Source: Candidatus Uhrbacteria bacterium
GTDB taxonomy: Bacteria; Patescibacteriota; Patescibacteriia; UBA9934; GWF2-40-263
Direction: 5' to 3'
NCBI GenBank assembly: GCA_023246355.1
Contig: JAHFIQ010000004.1
Span: forward strand, 2,697-66,696
DNA length: 64,000 nt
Made by a program: the position numbers and the translations under genes. The notes beneath the pieces were generated by a model. The model did not search any database. It saw only the letters and a list, made by a program, of their open reading frames with translations, and was not told the origin of the DNA. Positions 57,618 to 64,000 of the stretch are shown piece by piece; within the stretch, counting starts at the first letter, position 1, and each line of letters opens with the position of its first letter.

Positions 57618-58637
57618 CTCCTTTCGCATGGCTCGTGCCATCTGTTCAAATTCTGTCCCGAGTTTCTTCTGTCGCGCTGGAAGGATTTGTTTGTAGACGC
57701 GTTCTTGATCGGCTTTGATACGAGCAAGCTTGGTCTTGAGCATCTTGCCTTTTTCGCCAAACCATTTTTGTACGAACCCAAGCTGTGCATACTCTGCATC
57801 TGCATCTTGCTGTTCTTGTCTTAAGATCATCCATTTTTTCTCAAGAAGCATTTGTTGTCTTGCCTCAACGCTTTCCTGTGATGGCTCACCCATTTTGGTG
57901 ATGACCTCGTGGCTGCCCCCAACGGCTCCTGTTTTTTTGAGTGCGATGTCTGATGGCCCCAGCACGTTGTCATGGGATCCGCCTAATCCACCGGTGGCTT
58001 TGAGCCGAGCGTCCAACAGTGTTCGCTGAGACTCACGCAACGTCTTACGCGACCCTGGGTTTTTTTCAAGGTCTTTGAGTACCTGCATGTACGCCTGGTG
58101 GGGAATGAATTCTGTTGCTGAGATTCGATCTGCATCTTGATCATTTACTTCTTCCAGTTTATTTTCAAGTTCTTGAGAGATTTCTTCTCCCCGTGTGAGC
58201 AAATAAGCTACATCAGCGCCGCTGGCAAGTTGCGCTAAAACTTTTTCACGCGCCTCAAACAAAGCAACCGCTTTGAGTTGTTCTTCAACTTGTTTTGCAT
58301 GAAAACGTGTCTCGTTGGCGAGCGTGGCCTGTTTATCTTCAACAAGACCTCGTCGTTGCTGTGCAAGTTCTTCCAACTCCATGAGCAGATGTCTCTTGTA
58401 TTCATCCATGTCTGCCCCTGTTTTGATTCTTGCTTCAACAAGTTCAATCGCCTGTTGTCGAGCGTTTTGCTCGCGTCGAATAACGTGTTCACGTTTGGGA
58501 ACCGTCCAGATGACGCCCTTGGTATCCACCACATCATCAGGTCGATCAAGTGGTACTCGCGCTGGTCTGGTGATGAGATCTTGATCTACATGCTGTTCTC
58601 CGTGTGGGCTCATATTTTGTGTATACAAATTACCCAC
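57615..58637 (-). CDS. coiled-coil protein, unknown function
   Basis: 340 aa of heptad-like, E/K/Q/L-rich sequence. Confidence 0.45.
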   Translation of the reverse strand: MGNLYTQNMSPHGEQHVDQDLITRPARVPLDRPDDVVDTKGVIWTVPKREHVIRREQNARQQAIELVEARIKTGADMDEYKRHLLMELEELAQQRRGLVEDKQATLANETRFHAKQVEEQLKAVALFEAREKVLAQLASGADVAYLLTRGEEISQELENKLEEVNDQDADRISATEFIPHQAYMQVLKDLEKNPGSRKTLRESQRTLLDARLKATGGLGGSHDNVLGPSDIALKKTGAVGGSHEVITKMGEPSQESVEARQQMLLEKKWMILRQEQQDADAEYAQLGFVQKWFGEKGKMLKTKLARIKADQERVYKQILPARQKKLGTEFEQMARAMRKE

Positions 58638-58708
58638 TCAGTATAGTCTGCCCAGGCTCTTGACGCCAAGGGTCAGTGGATAAACCACCATGGTATAATT
58701 CTGTCCGT

Positions 58709-59152
58709 ATGAAGGTGATCCTGCTCTCAAGCGTCAAGCCGCTTGGAAAAGAAGGGGACGTGGTCGAGGTGTCGGACGGGCACGCACGCAACTTTTTGTT
58801 CCCACAAAGTCTGGCGGTACCAGCAACGGACGAGGCCCTGAAGAAAAAGGCCGAGCGAGAAAAAATCGCCTCAGGCAAAGCCAGCAAGGCCCTTTCAGCG
58901 GCTGGAGACTTGGCGCACAAATTGGAAGGACACGAAGTGTTGCTTGAAGAAAAGGTCAGCGACGGAGGGGTGTTCTTTGCTGCGGTCACAGGAAAGATGA
59001 TTGCCTCAGCGCTCAAGAAAGAGGGTTTTCCGGTCGAAACGGATTGGATCCACATCGAGAGTCCGATCAAAGAACCAGGAGACTACACAGCTTCTGTGTC
59101 CCTGCCTCACGGCTTTGAAGCCGAAATAAAAATCATTGTCGAAGAGAAGTAG
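58709..59152 (+). CDS. rplI: 50S ribosomal protein L9
   Basis: MKVILLSSVKPLGKEGDVVEVSDGHARNFLFP N-terminus. Confidence 0.85.
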   Translation: MKVILLSSVKPLGKEGDVVEVSDGHARNFLFPQSLAVPATDEALKKKAEREKIASGKASKALSAAGDLAHKLEGHEVLLEEKVSDGGVFFAAVTGKMIASALKKEGFPVETDWIHIESPIKEPGDYTASVSLPHGFEAEIKIIVEEK

Positions 59153-59185
59153 CAAGTATCAAGTAGCATGTAGCAAGTATGCTCA
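59152..59185. repeat. IVS-like element, left arm (with cargo gene)
   Basis: agtagcaagtatcaagtagcatgtagcaagtat. Confidence 0.7.
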
Positions 59186-59562
59186 TAGGAATGAATGGAA
59201 ATGAAGGTCAGATAAAGAATTTTACAGATCTTGTTACATGGCAGAAAGGACATACTCTCGTCATCACAGTCTACAAACTAACGAAAAATTTTCCAGCAGA
59301 TGAACGATACGGACTGGTAAGCCAAATGAGACGCTGTTCTGTTTCAATCACCTCTAACATTGCTGAGGGTTTTGGAAGAAGAACAGGAAAAGAAAAAATT
59401 CGATTTTATGATATAGCCATTGGTTCTTTGTTCGAGCTTCAAAATCAGGTTCTCCTCTCGCAGGGGCTTGGATATCTTGATGAATCTCAAATTGCTCTTA
59501 TCCAACCACTTGCTTTAGAGGTGAATCGTTTATTGAATGGCTTAATCAAAACAGCCATCTAG
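59179..59562 (+). CDS. four-helix-bundle protein of the 23S rRNA intervening-sequence (S23p) family
   Basis: ERYGLVSQMRRCSVSITSNIAEGFGRR...FYDIAIGSLFEL hallmark of the PF05635/TIGR02436 family; flanked by inverted-repeat arms. Confidence 0.7.
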   Translation: MLIGMNGNEGQIKNFTDLVTWQKGHTLVITVYKLTKNFPADERYGLVSQMRRCSVSITSNIAEGFGRRTGKEKIRFYDIAIGSLFELQNQVLLSQGLGYLDESQIALIQPLALEVNRLLNGLIKTAI

Positions 59563-59565
59563 CTA

Positions 59566-59612
59566 ATATACTTGCTACTTACTACTTGATACTTGCTACT
59601 TTCCTTTATGAA
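59566..59612. repeat. IVS-like element, right arm
   Basis: atacttgctacttactacttgatacttgctacttt; the pyrG start lies at its edge. Confidence 0.7.
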
Positions 59613-61227
59613 ACATCGTTACATTTTTGTCGTAGGAGGCGTGATGTCAGGTGTTGGAAAGGGAGTGACCACGGCGTCTATTGGTAAAATTCTCCAGTCG
59701 CGTGGTTTGCATGTGACCGCCATCAAGATCGATCCGTATGTGAATGTCGATGCAGGCACCATGAACCCGGTTGAACATGGAGAGGTGTTTGTGACGGACG
59801 ACGGGGACGAGACCGATCAGGACATGGGAAATTACGAGCGGTTTTTGGAAGCGGATTTGACGAGCACGAATTACATGACCACAGGCCGTGTCTACCAGAC
59901 GGTGATCGAGAAGGAGCGCAACTTGGAGTACAAGGGAAAGTGTGTAGAAGTCGTGCCGCATATTCCACTGGAAGTGATTCGTCGTATCAAGAACGCAGCA
60001 CAGATGGCGAAGGCCGATGTCACGATGGTCGAGGTTGGAGGGACGGTCGGTGAGTATCAAAACATTTTATTTTTGGAAGCCGCGCGCATGATGCATTTGG
60101 ACGATCCTGAGAACGTCTTGTTTGTGTTGGTGAGTTACTTGCCTGTGCCAAAGCACTTGGGAGAGATGAAAACCAAGCCGACGCAGTATGCGACCAGAAC
60201 CTTGAATAGCGCGGGTATTCATCCAGACTTTATTGTCTGTCGCGGAGAGCAGTTCATGGACAAACCTCGGCGAGAAAAGTTGAGTGTGTTTTGCAATGTG
60301 AAGCCAGAGGCCGTGATCACCGCGCCGGATGTTCCTTCTATTTATGATATTCCGGCCTTGTTTGAGTCACAGGATCTGTCCAGCACGATTTTGAAAAAAT
60401 TTAAGATGAAGCCTCGCTCTACGGACTTGCGTACCTGGAAGGCCATGGCCGATGTTCAACGGACGGCCAAACGTACCGTAAAGATTGGCGTTGTTGGAAA
60501 GTACTTTGCCACAGGCGACTACACCCTTTCTGACTCCTACATCTCGGTGATAGAAGCACTCAAGGCTGCGGCGTGGAGTCACAAGGTCAAAATTCAGCTT
60601 GACTGGATTAACTCAGAAGATTTTGAAACGCATCCAAAATCCATTTCTCGCTTGAAAGAATACGATGGCATTCTGGTGCCTGGTGGATTCGGCACACGCG
60701 GCATCGAAGGGATCATTGCGGCGATCAAGTATTGTCGCGAGAAAAAAGTTCCGTATTTTGGATTGTGCTATGGCATGCAACTGGCCTGTGTGGAGTTTGC
60801 CAGGCATGTGCTTGGAAAGACGACGGCCCATACGGTGGAAGTCGATGAGGCAACGGTTGATCCAATCATTCATGTGAGTCCGATTCAGTTGAAGAACATT
60901 CGTGAGAATCGTTATGGCGGCACCATGCGTTTGGGGGCGTTCGATTGCAAATTGCAGCCTGGGACGCTCACGGCAAAGGCCTACCGAGCAAGTGTGATTT
61001 CTGAACGTCATCGCCATCGTTATGAGTTTAACAATGACTATGCAGAGGCGATTGAGAAAAAAGGTTTAATGATCACCGGTGTGAATCCCGGATCTGGTTT
61101 GGTGGAGATCGTCGAGCTTAAGAACCACCCGTTCTTCGTGGGTGTCCAGTTCCATCCAGAATTCAAATCTCGTCCGCTCAATCCACATCCACTGTTTAAG
61201 GCATTTATTGGCGCTGCGTTGAAATAA
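59608..61227 (+). CDS. pyrG: CTP synthase
   Basis: YIFVVGGVMSGVGKG N-terminus; C-terminal glutamine amidotransferase domain with GLCYGMQ. Confidence 0.9.
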   Translation: MKHRYIFVVGGVMSGVGKGVTTASIGKILQSRGLHVTAIKIDPYVNVDAGTMNPVEHGEVFVTDDGDETDQDMGNYERFLEADLTSTNYMTTGRVYQTVIEKERNLEYKGKCVEVVPHIPLEVIRRIKNAAQMAKADVTMVEVGGTVGEYQNILFLEAARMMHLDDPENVLFVLVSYLPVPKHLGEMKTKPTQYATRTLNSAGIHPDFIVCRGEQFMDKPRREKLSVFCNVKPEAVITAPDVPSIYDIPALFESQDLSSTILKKFKMKPRSTDLRTWKAMADVQRTAKRTVKIGVVGKYFATGDYTLSDSYISVIEALKAAAWSHKVKIQLDWINSEDFETHPKSISRLKEYDGILVPGGFGTRGIEGIIAAIKYCREKKVPYFGLCYGMQLACVEFARHVLGKTTAHTVEVDEATVDPIIHVSPIQLKNIRENRYGGTMRLGAFDCKLQPGTLTAKAYRASVISERHRHRYEFNNDYAEAIEKKGLMITGVNPGSGLVEIVELKNHPFFVGVQFHPEFKSRPLNPHPLFKAFIGAALK

Positions 61228-61233
61228 GTGTAA

Positions 61234-61296
61234 TGGGGTCAGGTCGGGTTATGGGCATTGTGAAAAACAAAATGCCCATAACCCGACCTGACCCCA
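61234..61296. repeat. perfect 24 bp-stem hairpin (REP-like)
   Basis: GGGGTCAGGTCGGGTTATGGGCAT - tgtgaaaaacaaa - ATGCCCATAACCCGACCTGACCCC. Confidence 0.6.
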
Positions 61297-61299
61297 TGA

Positions 61300-61328
61300 C
61301 AAATCACGGTTGACAGCACCGTGATTTT
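61300..61328 (+). promoter_or_regulatory. sigma70-like promoter TTGACA-17-TAGATT, overlapping a terminator hairpin
   Basis: AATCACGGT-tgacagc-ACCGTGATTTT hairpin contains the -35 hexamer. Confidence 0.4.
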
Positions 61329-61367
61329 GTGATAGATTCTTTCGTTCCGAATCTTCAGGAGGAACCC

Positions 61368-61853
61368 ATGTTTCTGTACAACTGTGCATTGGGTGCGCTT
61401 GCTGGTCTTGGTGCTATTTTCGCTGGGCCCTGGGTTTTGCGCAGCGGTTGGCATTGGGCAGCGAAGCTGATCGTTTTTGGAATGCTCGGTGTCATGCTCT
61501 ACCAGAGTTGGGCGCTCATCATGGGCGGACCAGGTTCGGACTTGCGCATCGTGACCGAGCTTCTGGCCTCCTACGGCGGAATCACCGCCGCCTCGAGGAT
61601 CGTGCAGCGTCCGGGAAACCCCTGGGTTCAGTACGGTATTCCTGCTCTGCTCGTTATCTTTCTCACCATCACCTGGTGGGAGCAGATTGAGCGGTTTCAG
61701 GATGGAGGAGCACGTGCTTTTGTCGGTGACCAAGTGACTCCCGACCAGGCGCAGCCCGCTTCGCAACCGCAGGAGGCCACTCCCCGCAAGAACTTCTGCG
61801 ACGAGAACATCTCAGTCTACCAACGAGAGCAGCTGGGATGTCCACCCAAGTAG
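61368..61853 (+). CDS. membrane protein, unknown function
   Basis: ATG 6 nt after AGGAGG; 161 aa; 3-4 TM helices. Confidence 0.5.
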   Translation: MFLYNCALGALAGLGAIFAGPWVLRSGWHWAAKLIVFGMLGVMLYQSWALIMGGPGSDLRIVTELLASYGGITAASRIVQRPGNPWVQYGIPALLVIFLTITWWEQIERFQDGGARAFVGDQVTPDQAQPASQPQEATPRKNFCDENISVYQREQLGCPPK

Positions 61854-61955
61854 CCGATCACGACTCCGACCCCGCGTCGGAGTTTTCTATTGACATTTTT
61901 TTCTCGTTTCGTTATGCTTTTCGCAAATAATACTTAGATTAAACTTCTGTTCATC

Positions 61956-62076
61956 CGGGAGCTCTGAAAAGCTCCAGCTGCAAGGCGCGGGTGGCCAGTC
62001 GCCAGAGCTGTAGCAGCGCTACTGCGAGGCGATGGCCGGGTCCCGCAACGCAGCAGATGGACGTTTCAGAGCTCCC
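61956..62076 (+). ncRNA. ~120 nt structured element, copy B (forward), candidate sRNA, leader or terminator immediately 5' of rpmA
   Basis: 13 bp closing stem GGGAGCTCTGAAA/TTTCAGAGCTCCC; conserved cores CAGCTGCAAGGCGCGGGTGGCCAGTCGC and GCGATGGCCGGGTCCCGCAACGCAGCAGATG; apical hairpin CAGTAGC-gc-TGCTACTG. Confidence 0.45.
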
Positions 62077-62078
62077 CT

Positions 62079-62360
62079 ATGGCACATAAAAAAGCAGGTG
62101 GTTCTACCCAGCTCGGACGTGACTCTGCTGGTCAACGTCTGGGCGTGAAAATCGCCGATGGACAGTACGCACTTCCCGGACAAATCATTGTCCGCCAGCG
62201 CGGTACGAAAATTCATCCAGGCACCGGTGTCCTTCGCGCTAAGGACGACACGCTCTATGCCGGCGTCAAAGGCATCGTGAAGTTCACGCAAAAAAAGATG
62301 GCGAATTTCCATGGAGTCTTGAAACATCGGACGTTTGCAAAAATGGTCTCTGAAAAGTAA
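62079..62360 (+). CDS. rpmA: 50S ribosomal protein L27
   Basis: [24 protein letters not shown] canonical N-terminus. Confidence 0.9.
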   Translation: MAHKKAGGSTQLGRDSAGQRLGVKIADGQYALPGQIIVRQRGTKIHPGTGVLRAKDDTLYAGVKGIVKFTQKKMANFHGVLKHRTFAKMVSEK

Positions 62361-62431
62361 CCGAATACATCCAGCTCACCTGGATGTTTTGGTTTGCTCA
62401 AAACACAAAAAAAGGCTATCATAAAACGACT

Positions 62432-62671
62432 ATGAACGAGACGATAGAACAACAGATTGAACGCGTCCTTGAACAAGTCCGTCCCGCGCTTCGTCTGGAT
62501 GGCGGCGGAATTGAATTGGTGAAGTATGACGCACAGACCGGCGCGGTGCATGTGAAAATGCAAGGCGCCTGCGTTGGATGTCCGATGTCTCAGATTACTC
62601 TGAAGATGGGAGTTGAGGCTGCACTGCAGGACGCCATTCCTGAGATTAAAGAAGTGATTCCTGTTTCGTAA
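62432..62671 (+). CDS. NifU-like (Nfu) Fe-S cluster scaffold domain protein
   Basis: GACVGCPMS CxxC motif inside the Nfu fold pattern. Confidence 0.7.
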   Translation: MNETIEQQIERVLEQVRPALRLDGGGIELVKYDAQTGAVHVKMQGACVGCPMSQITLKMGVEAALQDAIPEIKEVIPVS

Positions 62672-62672
62672 T

Positions 62673-63074
62673 GTGGTGAAACATCATTACAAAAAATCTC
62701 TTCAGCAGTTTTTTAAGGACGGGGCAGAGTGTTTTAAGACGACGCGTCTCACGCAGGTGAGCTTGCTCGTCTCGATTCTGTTTCTTGTTCTCACCTTTGC
62801 CCTTCCCATCTGGCGCCTGGTTCCTCTGGCTTCTGAGTTGCCATTTATCGCCCTGCACTACAACATTTATTTGGGAGTAGATCAGTTTGGATCACTCTAC
62901 AGTATTTTTCTGCTACCGGTTTTAGGGCTGTTTTTTCTTGTATTGAATGTGGTTATTGAGGTCGCATCGTTTCGCAAACAAAAAATTCTTTCGATGTTTT
63001 TTGCCGGCGCCAATCCACTGCTTCAGGTTTTGTTATTGGTGGCGGTCTCACTCATTATTCTTGTCAATGTATGA
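62673..63074 (+). CDS. membrane protein, unknown function
   Basis: 133 aa, 3 TM helices. Confidence 0.4.
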   Translation: MVKHHYKKSLQQFFKDGAECFKTTRLTQVSLLVSILFLVLTFALPIWRLVPLASELPFIALHYNIYLGVDQFGSLYSIFLLPVLGLFFLVLNVVIEVASFRKQKILSMFFAGANPLLQVLLLVAVSLIILVNV

Positions 63075-64000
63075 ACCTTGAGTCATTTGAAATCGTCCGC
63101 GTGCTCCTGCTCTCGGCTGTGGCGTTTGTGTTTGCGTTTGCTTGGGCGCCGTTGTTGGTTCGTGCCTTGCATCGCCTCAAGGTCGGGAAATCCATTCGAG
63201 GTGAGGAACACGCACCCGTCTTTGCCAAGCTCCACGAAAAAAAACGCGGCACGCCCACGATGGGAGGGATTCTCATTTGGTGGACAGTGTTGGTGTTGGC
63301 CATCGTGCTGTATTATCTCGCGCCTTTTCTTCCTGCGAGCTCGCTTCTTTCACGTCTCAACTTTTTAACACGCTCTGAAACCCTTTTGCCCCTGGGCGCG
63401 CTCGTTGCCTCGGCCATCGTTGGATTTGTGGATGATTATTTTAACGTTCGAGGAATCGGTCCAAAGGGCGGGGGATTGCGCATGCGCCATCGTCTGCTCA
63501 TCTACACCGCGATTGCCGTGGTCGGCGCTTGGTGGTTTCGTGTGAAGCTCGATTGGGATCTTTTACATATTCCCTTCGTCGGCGACTTTAACATTGGGTT
63601 TTGGTATGTCCCATTTTTTATTCTCGTCATCGTCTCAACCGCGTTTTCTGTGAACGAAGCCGATGGGCTTGATGGTCTGGCCGGCGGTGCCTTGCTCACG
63701 TCTTTTGGGGCGTATGCCGTGATCGCCTTTGCACAGGGACATTATGACCTCGCGGTTTTTTGTGGCGTGATTTTGGGCGCGCTTCTTGCTTTTCTTTGGT
63801 TCAATATTCATCCAGCCAGTTTTTTCATGGGAGACACGGGTGCCATGTCTTTGGGGGTCACGCTGGGCGTTGTGGCCATGCTCACGAACTCCGCATTGTT
63901 TCTTCCGATCATCGGGTTTGTGTTTGTCATCGAATCCTTGTCCGTCCTTGTGCAACTCTTTTTCCGGCGAGTGCTCAAGCGGCGTCTCTTTAAATCATCG
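63071..64000 (+). CDS. mraY: phospho-N-acetylmuramoyl-pentapeptide transferase (partial, runs off the window)
   Basis: VDDYFNVRG, NEADGLDGLAGG, NIHPASFFMGDTGAMSLG MraY signatures; no stop before position 64000. Confidence 0.85.
   Translation, partial: MNLESFEIVRVLLLSAVAFVFAFAWAPLLVRALHRLKVGKSIRGEEHAPVFAKLHEKKRGTPTMGGILIWWTVLVLAIVLYYLAPFLPASSLLSRLNFLTRSETLLPLGALVASAIVGFVDDYFNVRGIGPKGGGLRMRHRLLIYTAIAVVGAWWFRVKLDWDLLHIPFVGDFNIGFWYVPFFILVIVSTAFSVNEADGLDGLAGGALLTSFGAYAVIAFAQGHYDLAVFCGVILGALLAFLWFNIHPASFFMGDTGAMSLGVTLGVVAMLTNSALFLPIIGFVFVIESLSVLVQLFFRRVLKRRLFKSS

Noticed and set aside
1-64000. CRISPR arrays, integrases, transposases, rRNA genes
   Set aside because: I saw no regularly spaced direct repeats with unique spacers, no tyrosine or serine recombinase or DDE motifs, and no rRNA-like sequence. 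The periodic repeats present are 9 bp minisatellites and hairpin elements, not CRISPR.

Overview
This 64 kb window is a gene-dense bacterial chromosomal segment with roughly 48-52% GC and some compositionally distinct patches. Translation and housekeeping genes make up most of the backbone: xseA/xseB, an archaeal-type UMP kinase, rplJ-rplL, rplI, rpmG, rpmA, frr, glyQS, tpiA, pgi, pyrG, mreB, holB, sodA, bcp, ndh, a partial mraY, and tRNA-Thr(GGU), tRNA-Tyr, tRNA-Thr(UGU) and tRNA-Trp. There is also a cell-envelope set: two GT2 and one GT4 glycosyltransferases, a DUF4012 protein, a holin-like DUF360 protein, and many small secreted or membrane proteins. Several of these (DUF4012, the archaeal-type UMP kinase, a 23S-IVS four-helix-bundle protein) are reminiscent of Patescibacteria/CPR-like genomes, but that is inference only. 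I found no CRISPR array, integrase or transposase. The sequence-level signals worth a second look are: (1) a 3.4 kb segment of about 65% GC (25.5-28.9 kb) holding four minus-strand genes of unknown function, each with its own SD, preceded by three diverged copies of a ~70 bp element that carries a covarying hairpin, and followed by near-identical perfect palindromes; (2) a ~5.2 kb insertion that splits the otherwise conserved tRNA-Thr/tRNA-Tyr/tRNA-Thr array and carries a J-domain protein plus three unknown proteins at elevated GC; (3) a family of long imperfect inverted repeats built from AGTAGCAAGTA units at six intergenic loci, one of which carries a 23S-rRNA-IVS-type four-helix-bundle protein gene as cargo; (4) a ~120 nt structured element present in two copies (after rpmG, before rpmA) with conserved cores and compensatory changes in both the closing stem and the apical hairpin; (5) a 9 bp-periodic CCACCT minisatellite at five loci, both intergenic and in-frame in coding sequence; (6) two 165-180 bp elements bounded by perfect 19-25 bp terminal inverted repeats; (7) an AT-rich NYN-RNase plus KNTase-like nucleotidyltransferase pair inside an ATGA-coupled operon led by a TM0106 RecB-like nuclease; and (8) an unannotated 51-codon Gly-rich ORF with a perfect SD and its own terminator. 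Every functional call rests on motif recognition by eye, with no database search.
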